A model generated the notes under the pieces. The model did not search any database. It saw only the letters and a program-made list of their open reading frames with translations, and had not been told where the DNA came from. A stretch of 63,421 nucleotides of DNA, counting the filler, from Craspedostauros australis (Eukaryota): the NCBI GenBank assembly GCA_030167865.1. It is 5 parts of 5 records of this genome, joined end to end, with 100 filler letters (N's around TTAATTAATTAA, not from the genome) between each part and the next. Parts side by side here need not be neighbours in the genome. Positions count along the whole stretch, not along the records: positions 1 to 27,899 come from JALAGF010002767.1; positions 28,000 to 50,369 come from JALAGF010002769.1; 3 more parts are not named here. One strand, written 5' to 3'. Shown piece after piece: positions 25,420 to 36,400 of the stretch (positions are counted from its first letter, which is position 1; each line of letters opens with the position of its first letter). A program made the position numbers and the translations under genes.

Positions 25420-27322
25420 CCTCGTTGGGGTATGAGTTTGTATGGTGCGACTATGGTCTGGTATGATATGCTGCGAATATGGCACTATCCGTATGCCCTG
25501 CAATAGTATTGGGTATTCGTGGAGAAACCTCTAGTCTCTCTCTCTCTCTCTAGGGAGGAGAGTGTGTAGGTACTCTGCTCGAGTGTATTCGCATACAATC
25601 TCTTCTGGTCTGTACTAACCTGATCGTCTTGACCTAATCTGTGCACTTGTCTGCGTGGAATGCTCCAGCAGAATACTGTTGTAGTGGGTCGTCCAAGAAT
25701 CCTCCTATTCCGATCTTAGGACCGACTGCTCTTTTCCTGTTTGTAATTGTGCACTTGATGTGCAGAAATGCCGTCTGATGAAAATGGGAGTGTGCGTGCG
25801 AGTAGCCTGTACGACCTATTCTGCTAGTCGTATGCTATCGGTCGTGTATTTGTATCAGTATTAGTCTTGATGGCGGAAACTCCGTTGTGGACGATGGATC
25901 CGAGATGGATTGCGAGTCCGAGTACCAACACTAATGGTAGTACTAATGCTGGTACTACTGCTGGTACTAATACGAGTACGAGTGCTCTTGTTCGCGCTGC
26001 CGATCCTCTTCGCGGGAGTATCGGTATCCGTATTTGTATCCGTATTTGTGTCCGTATTTGTGTCTGTGTTCGTACTCGTACTCGTACTCGGAGCTGCGCG
26101 ATCAGAAAAAGAAGGATGATTGTGTTGTCGTTGTTGTCATGGATGCGATGTGAGCTGACGACCTCAGGGGCAATGAGTGAGTCGCGACCCGTTCTGCTGT
26201 CTTTGCGTGCTTTCGTTCTGAACTTTGATTGCTGATTGCTGATTGTTGGTTGTTGGTTGTTACGCACTCGTATAGTACTATACCGTGTCCAAGTCGTGGT
26301 CGTCTGCGGTCTCTTTCTGCTCCGTGCTGCCTTGCCGCCTTCTCCTGCCTCTGCTCTTTGCACCAAGAAAGTGGGTGTGGGCGTGGGTGTCGCCAAGTTT
26401 GTGCCGAATGCTTGAAACAATTGCTTGAAACAAATCCCTTGAAACAAGTGTACTTGAAACAAAACAAACGACAGAGTCCTTCTTTGTCACCAGCTCCGTT
26501 GTCGTCTCCCAGTTGCGCAGCAACCAACCAATTGCGAGCCAACAGAAGCGATAACCTCACCAGGGTCCTTGTGTGCGAGTACAAGCCACGAGTGCCCACG
26601 CGTGAACTATTCTCGCAATCACCACCACTCTTGCGCAACTGTTCCACACACCTCCATTTTTCGCCCACTCCGATCCTTCGTATTCTCACCATTCAGCCTA
26701 TTTGTGACTGCCACCAACGCGTGACACAAAGCGATTCTTCTTTGCTGGGCTGTCTTGCGGGTTTCATTTGGTGTCATGATTTATGCTGTTGGTCTTGGGT
26801 GCGACATGGGCTGTTTGTCGACCGGTCCCCATGACGTTGGCCATCTGGAATTGGGGTACCAGTGGACGAGCGGTGACGTCACGCGTTTTCGCAACAGCAA
26901 CAACCAACACCAACATCAGCCAATCGCAAGCGTCGCAGGCGGATAGCTCATAACAGTACCTTCACCGTCGTGTTTTTCTCTTTCCACCACTTCTCCAACT
27001 CAACCTTCGAGAGTCGCACCGGTATCCACATCAAAATCAGCGAATAGTACTCACGAAAATGGATACTGAGATGATGAGAGAGGCGCGCCATTTCGCAAGG
27101 GAACAAATCGTCTCCTCCTCTTTGTCTCTCCTTCCTTGTCCGAATACGGATACTCCCACCACGAGAGACCATTCCGTATCGTCCTCTCTCTTGCCGGATC
27201 TCCACGTTCTCCACTGTGCAGGTATTGCATGACGTGTGCTCTCATCCCGTTTAATTCAGTTCGATAATGCCAGGGGCTGTCTCTTCTGCCCTCACGCCTC
27301 CCTCTTTTGGGCGCTACACACA

Positions 27323-27354
<32 letters not shown>

Positions 27355-27589
27355 TCCTGCGAATCTGGTATGTGCTGCTGCGCCATCTGCGACGGGGCGA
27401 CCATTGGAGCAGCGTCCTGTTGTGCTCCGCTGTGGAGTAGAATAGGTCGCACATGCACGAGCCGGTTCGGACTCGTGCACATTAGAGGACTTTCGCATTC
27501 TGTTCCCCCAGTCCCGAGCAGTCCCACAAGGGAGTCATAACCTGATAGAGACACTTTTCAGGGGGCGGGATGCGAACTTCCCCCTCGGC

Positions 27590-27640
27590 GAGCAGAATAT
27601 CATTCTGTTCAGGCGTCGTAAACAGAATGATATTCTGTTC
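27590..27640. repeat. Inverted repeat: 17-bp perfect stem (20 bp with one G-T pair) and an 11-nt loop
   Basis: CAGAATATCATTCTGTT (27593-27609) is the exact reverse complement of AACAGAATGATATTCTG (27621-27637). Confidence 0.85.
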
Positions 27641-27899
27641 CCACAGTCCCGGCAAAAGATACCAATTCCAGGCGCAAACCAACAACAGCCATTCATTTTG
27701 TGCTACTTCCAAAGTTTTGGTCGTGGTTGTCGTTGTCGTTGTCGTTGTCGTTGACTTTTTGTGCAGATTTAGTGCCAATTCACGAATCTGGCCAAATCCG
27801 AACGAGCAAATTCACTAACCGGGTCGTTTTGGTGCCTGGCACGATGATTGGATGACTGAAATGGTCGGCGTATCACTGCGACAGCATTGAAAATGTTAG

Positions 27900-27999
27900 N
27901 NNNNNNNNNNNNNNNNNNNNNNNNNNNNNNNNNNNNNNNNNNNTTAATTAATTAANNNNNNNNNNNNNNNNNNNNNNNNNNNNNNNNNNNNNNNNNNNN
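27900..27999. other. Artificial assembly linker (N44-TTAATTAATTAA-N44)
   Basis: Six-frame-stop linker flanked by Ns; the same linker occurs four times in the window. Confidence 0.97.
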
Positions 28000-28826
28000 G
28001 TTGGCTGTCTGCTGGTGTATGAGTCACTATCGGTGCTGAGCGATTCTGTGTTCAGATGTGTTGGCATTGACGCCGCTGCTGGTCCTTTCGATTCGTTGGG
28101 GTTGGTAGGGGAGTCCTCGTTGGTGTGTAATGTCAGCCCTTCCATGCCTGTCTCGTTGTCGTCTGCGTCTTCGGCAGGTGCTGCTCCCAGATCGTAGTTG
28201 GATCCGAGGACTCGGTTAGCCGCTTTCCAGACTTTGACTGCTCTGGCGCTTTTCACTGTGCCGTTGCTGTTGAGATGGGCGCGGAACACTTCGTGCGGGT
28301 TGGTGGATGCCACGTTTAGCACGAACTGTAGGAGGCGCATTCTCGTGGGGTCTTTGTTGGGCAGTGTGATTGGCCCGAAAGCGGTTACTCTGCCGTCAGC
28401 CAGGTCTCTGAAAAAGTGTTCCCATTGCTTGGTTGTTGGATTCTCTCGATCTGCGGTTGCTTCGTCTTTATTGTACCATATCGCTCTTGCTCTCCATGCT
28501 GCCTTTGCGGCTCTGTCGATGGATCCGTCGCCGGTGGCTTTCTCGAATGGCTCTACTTCGACGCCTGTCTTGTTGGCTGCTGTCTTGAATGTATTGGATC
28601 GGGGCCTGTATGTGATGGACACGTCATCTGGATCGTCCTCCTCCATTCCGCCGTCGTACGGGATCGCTCTTTTTGCTTGTCTTTGGGCTCGGTGTTGGTT
28701 GCTTGCATCTATACTTCCTTTGGCTGGGGGTTTGTTGGGCTCCTTGGGCGGAGGCTTCAAAGTTGGTGCTACCTCGGGTTCGGTCTCTTCGCGATGGCTC
28801 GTGTTGGGTTGGTTGTTCGAAGTCAT
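28000..28826 (-). mobile_element. Orphan ORF truncated by the gap; possibly ORF1/5' end of a retroelement
   Basis: Intronless ORF of at least 275 aa with an A/C-rich leader (28830-28895). It runs into an assembly break and lies antisense, just upstream of the 5'-incomplete LRR gene. No catalytic motif is recognised, so the mobile-element call is inference. Confidence 0.3.
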
Positions 28827-29059
28827 TTTGCTTTGCTGTTGTTTGTGTTGTGTTAGGGGATTAATTAGTTTTTATTTTTCTTTGGTTTGGTTTGTCGGAA
28901 TTCCGAATCTATGGGCATCGTGTGTTCATGCTACTCTTGACATTCGTACTCACCCAAGCAAGCCCAACCATTGCTCTTCACACTGATACCATGCCTCCTC
29001 CTATCCTACACAACACGGCACCATGGCATGTTGTTGTACCACTCGAATACTCTCTCCAG

Positions 29060-31039
29060 GAGGCAAACCAATGCGGCAAGATCTCTGGTGACATCGAGGC
29101 AGTATTGAACTCCATCAACGGTACCAACCTCCAACTATTTTACTGTAAGTGCTGTGCTCGCGTGATGTCACAATGTTGGAGCATTGCATGCCTGCACTTC
29201 TCCTACTAGTCGTATTCTGTACTTCTCACTTGTTCGACAGCACAAATGCAACAGGAGATGGTGATGACATTCAACACTACTCCATTTCACTCAATCGCTC
29301 ACTCATTCACTCACTGTTTGGTTGGTTGTGAAACTGTGCACTTCTTCGCATAAACCTCGCTGCGAATCCTTCTTCCCGTTTATCTTCCTCCTTTGATCTA
29401 CCGTCATCTCGCTGTATGTGCGTGGATGTGGCTATCACCGCGGATATTACTTTGCATTCTACATGCTTCATGCGTGCCTGCTCATGAGTGCATTGTGCAC
29501 TGGAAACGAAAAGGCGCTTGCTGTGGATTCTCTGGCAGCATCCCACCGGAGGCCATCGCACGATTCAACAAACTTGAGATCTTCAGTGTCAGCGAGTCCA
29601 ATATCGGCGGCCGCATCCCATCTGAACTTGGAGGGTTATCATCGCTGAGGTTGATCAGCATGTACAACAATCAACTCACTGGACCCATCCCTTCGGAGAT
29701 CGGGGATCTGATGACGCTGAGACAGTTGGACATGGCCAATAATATGTTGACTGGTACCATTCCAACGGAGCTCAACTCCCTCCCAACGATTGCCAGATTC
29801 CACGCCACAGTCAACAGGCTGACAGGTGATGCACCCACATTCCCTTTGGCCACCGAGACCCTCACATTCATCGAATTGGTAAGACTTTGCGACACGTGCT
29901 CGATGCTTCACGTGTGTACTTTGTGTGATATTTGTGCAGCGGAAATGAGAGGATGGGGGCGTGAAGAGACATAGATGATGGATCTATTATAGATCACACC
30001 ATATCATTCCATGCCATACATGAAGAGGGATATACTGTGCCGGATCCAGCGAGAGTATTCTGACCATTCGATCATATCCTACTCTGCAATTAATTCACTC
30101 ACTTGTTGACCCGCCCGCATATCATGGTGGTTCTGATGGTTACAACTTGCAATGATTGAATCGTAACACAACAGCAACACGAGGACGACAACAACAACCT
30201 TACACTGGCCGTGGATGAATTCTTTCGCGAGGGGCGCGGAAGAGCGTTGGAAATAGTTATGTGTAAGTTCAAGAGAACCAAAGGATGTGCGCCTGCGAAT
30301 CGTGTTGATGCCGAACAACAGGAAAGTTCCATGCTCAAGTATGTAAATGCACACCTTTGTCATCCCTGCAGTCGTATGGTCTCTCGCTGTATCAACTGCA
30401 ACGTGTTCCGTCATATCCAGGTCTTCTGTTCTCACGCTCGAATCGCTTCCTCTGCTGTGCCATATTGTTGCACCCGCGCATGCGCACGCCTAACTGCAAC
30501 ACAATCAAACAAACAATAACATATCTACGTTGTTCTTCATACCGTGGTATATATGCCGCCTACCATACTGGGTACCACACTGCCTTGCAGGCCATGAATG
30601 CAATCTCAAGGGGTTCATTCCCACCTTCATCGGCGAGTCAGTCAATCTTGCTAGGCTGGTACTAACCGGGAATAGTGACCAGATCGGGACAGGTCTCACC
30701 GGCACCATTCCAGCAGAGATTGGAGGCCTGCAGGCACTCACGGATCTCCGGTTGTCGCGCAACTCACTTTCGCAAGCCATCCCCACCCAACTCGCAAATT
30801 TGCCGATGTTGGAAGGTCTGTCTTTGGACGGAAATCAGTTTACGGGCGAGATGCCTCCAGAAGTTGCGAGCATGCCAAGTCTGACCCAACTAGAACTCCA
30901 TGACAACCCAACGTTGACTGGGGATCTTGACACTTCTGTCTGCAATGTCGATGGAGCGGCAGCGAGGTTCTCGTTTCTTTCGTCCGATTGTGGGAGCAGT
31001 GGGAGGGTGGCGTGCACATGCTGCGATGACTGCTTTTGA
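29060..31039 (+). CDS. Leucine-rich-repeat protein of plant RLK/RLP-type LRRs with a C-terminal CxCCxxC cap; 5' end unresolved; at least 4 exons
   Basis: Phase-consistent exons 29060-29144, 29514-29878, 30175-30262 and 30591-31039. Repeats such as NNQLTGPIPSEIGDL, NNMLTGTIPTEL and GNQFTGEMPPEV; ends SDCGSSGRVACTCCDDCF. Confidence 0.82.
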
Positions 31040-31962
31040 AGCACCGAGAGGAGGATAGTCAAGGAAGCGTATCTCGTGAGGAAACGCTGAATGGATGAAA
31101 TATTGGGCAACAGGAAGTTGATGAATGGCGTCCGCTCACATCCAGAACGATCTGTGTGTGTGTGGACATCACTCAAGGATCTACCAAACCCGATGCGGTT
31201 ATCATTGTTTGCTCCGACGTTGCTACTACTTTGACACTACTACAGCAATCGCACTCATGGTCATAGCGTGGGCCAAAGTGTCGGGCACCTTCCTGCCACC
31301 TTGTTTACATCTTCGGATCCTTCTCTCATGCATCGAAGCAGGGATGGTTTCTTGAGTGCGGCTGTTGCCGCAGTGCATGTCCGCCGAGCGACTGACGTTG
31401 AATGCGCCAGCATGATACGGGTAGTCACAGCCTCATTTCCTCATTGGAATGGTATTTTGCCTTAGGCTGTTGGGGAGCATCGACACAACAAACTGGGGTG
31501 GGAGTGGATTGTGGGCACGGTTCAAAATTTCATTGCCGTGGACGGTCTACCAATACGCATGACTAGTCGTGGCGGTGTGGGTTCGCTCGTGGCGTGTGAT
31601 GCCAAGTCCAGTACTTGTAAGAGTACCTCACGGTATGTGTGAGTACGTGTACAAGCTCAAGTGCGGATAGTTCGCACAACAAACTGCCGTGGGTTGCTCT
31701 TGGATTGCATGACGAAGAAATGGGTCGTCACCCACCCAACCCATGCTGGAGTCAAGTTTTGCTGCAACCCTGATCTCTCACAGAATTGGGTGTTGTGGGT
31801 GAAGAAATAGCGGCGATGGCGACAAACGTTGCTGAGTCCTATTCTTTCGTGGACTCGCCCCATCCTCGTGGCAAACTCGCCGTGTGGGTTGGTTTGATCG
31901 CATCGCGCCGCGTGATCCGGCGACTATCCATAGTTTGGACCGTTGTGCTGATCCGCTCCGAG

Positions 31963-33183
31963 ATGGACGAACTTGAGAAGAGAATCCTGATGAGCACCAT
32001 GAACGAGGACAGGGAGATGGAGGAGGAAGAGCAGAGCTTCATCATCCAATGCCACGATGGTAGTTTCGAAGTCTCCAGCGAGAAGTGCCGCATGATCTTC
32101 GAATCCTGTGAGTACTTCCGCATCATGTTCCGTCACGGGATGAAGGAATCGCAAGAGCGTGTTCTCCAAAAACCTGATTGGGACATGGCAACTGCAGCGG
32201 CGGTTGTTGGAGTCCTCTCTGCTAAGGAGGATGACGGCGCTCCGACTCCACTTTCGACCATAGCGACGGCAATAAATCTGCAGGATGCGTTCCACCAGAT
32301 CCAGGAGGAAGTCAGCTTCTTCCCACCAAATCTCGTGAGCGCCGCTGGCATTGCACTGAGTGAGGAACAGCTGACGAAAGTCACCAATTGTGTCACCAAG
32401 GCCGAAGACTGGTTTGCGTGGAGACTGGAGACAAAGTGCCGAATCGACGAGAGGGCCTGGTTCCGCCTGATTGATTGCAACATCCTCATCCATGAGAATG
32501 ACGCTATTTTGACTGCGAAGAAACCCGTTCCTGGAATAGAGTCAACTCTTGATCTCGTCGCGCGTCTCCTCGCTCAGTCAGTCCCGGAGCCACTATACAG
32601 ATTGCGCCAACTCAGCTGCAGGTGCCTGCCACAGAAGTTGGCTCCTGCAATTCTGCAACTACGAGATGCCTTCCAGCATAAGACCACTTCCTCCACAAAG
32701 GTCTTCACCAACCAGAAGTTCAGCATCCGATTCGCCGAAGGCCCAGGATTTTCTGCCTTCAAGCATTTCAAGGAATCCATCGAAAAGGGCACAACCGTGC
32801 GCGTCCAGCTCCATCAAGGCACCAGCTTGGGATACTACTTGAACGGTTCCAACTCTTCCTTCGCATTCACTGTGATGGGCACCCTGAAGGAATTGCGATA
32901 CGTGCTCTCCCTCATCAAGAGCACTAATCCGGACGATCATCGCTGCTCACTCCGTATCACGGCACCCAAACCGCACATACTGGAAGGGTTGATCAAAGGT
33001 GTCTGTCTCTGCGAGAAGCACACGCTTGGAGTTTCGTTTGCCTCCAATGCATACTTCGCTGTGAAGACGCTCCAGGACATGTCAACTATTCTGGATTACC
33101 TCGTCCATCCGGAGGCAACGCCGAATGTGCCCATCACCAACTTCGAGCTGCACGATCTGGCGTATCCGAAGGGCGTGTTTTGA
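31963..33183 (+). CDS. Protein with an N-terminal BTB/POZ-like domain
   Basis: First plausible ATG at 31963. FIIQCHDGSF..CEYFRIMFRHGMKESQERVL resembles the BTB signature (SxYFxxMF...MxES). The C-terminal part is unassigned. Confidence 0.65.
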   Translation: MDELEKRILMSTMNEDREMEEEEQSFIIQCHDGSFEVSSEKCRMIFESCEYFRIMFRHGMKESQERVLQKPDWDMATAAAVVGVLSAKEDDGAPTPLSTIATAINLQDAFHQIQEEVSFFPPNLVSAAGIALSEEQLTKVTNCVTKAEDWFAWRLETKCRIDERAWFRLIDCNILIHENDAILTAKKPVPGIESTLDLVARLLAQSVPEPLYRLRQLSCRCLPQKLAPAILQLRDAFQHKTTSSTKVFTNQKFSIRFAEGPGFSAFKHFKESIEKGTTVRVQLHQGTSLGYYLNGSNSSFAFTVMGTLKELRYVLSLIKSTNPDDHRCSLRITAPKPHILEGLIKGVCLCEKHTLGVSFASNAYFAVKTLQDMSTILDYLVHPEATPNVPITNFELHDLAYPKGVF

Positions 33184-33495
33184 GGTGATAATGCGTCCTC
33201 GTACGTGTCATAGGGATGGTTCCAGAGAACGTCGTTGGCTCTTTCTCGTTGCCTACAAGTCTCACATTATAGAGTATCATATAATATAATAATATAGAAA
33301 ATTATGCGGAAAAATTAGGTGGCATGCCCGAGTACGCGTACAAGTATCCGCACGCATTTGAGCGTAGTGTGCGTACGTCCTCCACTCCACTCTGCAGTAT
33401 ATTCATTCCTTTATTCATTATGAATGTGAGTGTGTTACATGACAGTTGCCAGTCCTTGCCATTGTACGACGGCCCGTCAAGGTACAAATGCTTTC

Positions 33496-36400
33496 TCACT
33501 GTTTCTTTTGTGCGAAAAGTCGTTCCAGGTCGCCGCTGTGGTGCTTGATGGGTAGTTTTCGGGCCCGATTCTCTGCTGCGACGGAATCATCATCGACGGA
33601 AGAAAACGACGCGTCGTCGGAGACGGCCACTGCATTGGGGTCTTCTTCTTCGTCAATTCCACCAAAGAAATCGGCATCAAAGGCATTCAGCTTGTTTTGC
33701 AATCGCGTTGGGTTCAACCGCCTTCTCGGATCCAGGAAAGAATCGTCCTTGCTCACACCACGCACTGGCTCTCGTTTCTTCGTTGACTTATCGCTGTGGC
33801 TGTTGTTGCTGCCGGCATTGCTGTTGGATGATGTTGCATTCCATCGATCGTCGGTGGGTCGTCGTCCGCGGCGCTTGATGCCGCCGGAATCAGAGCGATC
33901 CAGAGCGCGCACATCGGCGGGCATGCTGTTGACGCTGCGATCATGCGACGATGAGGAGGATAATCCCGTTTCGTCCTTGGGTGGTTGCTCCTCGTGAAAG
34001 AAGGCCCCCAGCGACGGCGACGATTTCTGTTTTCGTTTCAACCCGTCCACAGATGTACCGCGTTTTGATGGATTCGGTTTGCCGAGCGATTTGCTGCTGC
34101 CATGGCGATGGCTCGAAGCATCGTTGCCTCTCTCGCTCATGGACGTGTTGGATCGTGATCTCGATCGTTCACGACGATTGCGGCCAGGGCTGGTGCTGCG
34201 TGTTCGCTGTCGCGCGCTGCGATTGTTTTCACTACGGCTGTCGCTGCCGCTATTGCCACGCCCGCTGCTGGTACTGGTATCGAGTCCTGAGATCGACTTG
34301 GAGCGCCTATACTGACTGCGTGGATTGGATCGAGAACCGCCTTGTGCTGGGGTATCTGCCAATCCTGATATGGACTTGGCACGTCGCATCATCTGCGCGC
34401 GGTTCTTGCGTCCGGCTCTCGACTGGCCCGAAACGCTTCGACCAGAACCAACGACGGTGGCTGCGGCGTCTGCGAGAGATGCCTTCGAGCGGACCATCAT
34501 GGGCGCGCTGCGTGCACCCATGCTGTAATTGCCTACGCTACGGTTGCCACTGTTGTGATCCTGCTCAACATCATTGTCCAAAAGAAAGGACCCCAACGAC
34601 ACACGCTGACTCGAACTTTTCCGCATGCCACTCTGTCGATTCTTTGCGTCCTTCGAACCGCTTCGGCTGCGGCTACGGCTACGGCTGCGACTGTGGCTGC
34701 GACGGCGTGCATGGGATGATCGCGTTCTGTCGTCATCGGAGCTCTTTGCAGCCTTTTCGGGAGTTGCATCTTGCGCATCCGGCGGCGTGTCGTCGTCCAA
34801 ATCGGGTGGCGCAGGCAAACCCTCCACGATGGGCTTCTTAGCTTTCTTCTTTTTGACGGTCTTCTTCTTGGCGCCGCTGGCTTTGGTCTTTTTGGTTTTT
34901 ATGGCATCGCCAACAGAATCGTTGGTGTTGGCCTTCTTCTCTTCCGCATCGCTCGTCTTTGGCTTGAGCTTCTTCTTCTTTTTGCTGGTGCCATCCTTCG
35001 CCACCGCCCCTTTCTTCTTCTTGCCTTTCTTCACGGATTTCGTTCGCTTTTCGTTGTAGAATCGACTCAAGGTGCTCCTGTTATCAAAGCGCGAACATCG
35101 ATCACCGCGGATGCGGGAGGATTGGTAGACCCCGCCGTGCGCGGACGATGCACCGATACTGAGATCCCGACTCCTGGATCGGGCCCGTCGGCCTTGCACC
35201 GACGCATCACGCGATCGCCGATCGGAGCGCTCAGTGGAGGGCTTGGAGACCAGCAGGGAGGAATCGCCCGGTGTCCACTTGCTGCTTTCCAACATGGCGC
35301 TGACGGATAACTTGCGTCGTGTTGGCTGCGGTGTGCGGAAGGATGTGATGGCGGTCGATCGGTGCCTGTTCGATATGTGGGCGGAACCGGCATCGTCGTC
35401 AATGGCGTCATCGCCGTCGTGATAGTCACGACGACGCAGCTCGTGATTGGAGGACGATAGCACATCTCTGGCAGAGTGTTGGCGCCTGGGTTTGACAGAC
35501 ATGCGTATCTTGGATGTCGGCGATGCAAATCCAGAATTGGATCGTGCCGTGGCGTCATCCTGGTGACCTCTCCGTGTTGGCGACATGTCACCATTCGTGT
35601 ATCGCGATGCCACCGACGTCCTTCGCTTGACGGCCGCTGAGCTATGCGGTGGCTGTTGCTCTTCAGAACGCCACGACGCATCATCTCCCGCAATTGGATC
35701 ATTGGTTGGAAATGCTTCGCTGATGATATGATCCTGCTCTTCGTGGCTTGTAACATTGAGCGGATCAACTTCCTTCGCTTTCTTTTTCTTCTGCCGTCGA
35801 TGCTGGAACATGTTTTCGAGTGTTTTGGCAGATGTCGTCCATTCCAGCGGTTTGCGATCCATCTTTGCATCATCCTTATCCGGCGGCGTCTGCTTATCCT
35901 GTCCGCCCTGCTCTTTGACTTTCTTGGAAAAGATGGTGTTGATGGTGTTGAAGGACGTCGTCCATTCCGGTGGCTTGCGCGTGGACGGTTCCTTCCTGCC
36001 CCCTGCCGATTCTTCCTTCTTCGACTTGAGCTTCTTCGAGAAGAAAGTGTTGAGCGTGTTGAAGGATTCCGTCCATTCCGGAGGATGTCGTTGAAAGCCC
36101 TTCTTGCGCTCTGCAGGCTGTTCGTTGGTGGGCGTCGGCAGATCGTGGATCGTGTCGGCATCCTCTTCTTCGCTCTCGTGCTGTTCGGCGGGTTCCAGAT
36201 TGTCGGAAAAGATCTCGGGCGGCACGGGTCCCGCCTTGCGTGCAGGCCGCCGCGAGGTAACACGCCTTCGGGCCGAACGCGACGTGCGTCGGCGCGAGGG
36301 ATTGTTGTCGTCGTTCACGGACCGGCGTCGCAGACGACCGTTGCCGCTCCTGGATCGTTGTCGTCTTGATGTGGACGGCGTACGACGCTGTGATTCATCG

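Noticed and set aside
27944..27955. TTAATTAATTAA palindrome recurring four times
   Set aside because: Always centred in an N block of about 100 nt; it is an artificial contig linker, not a biological site.
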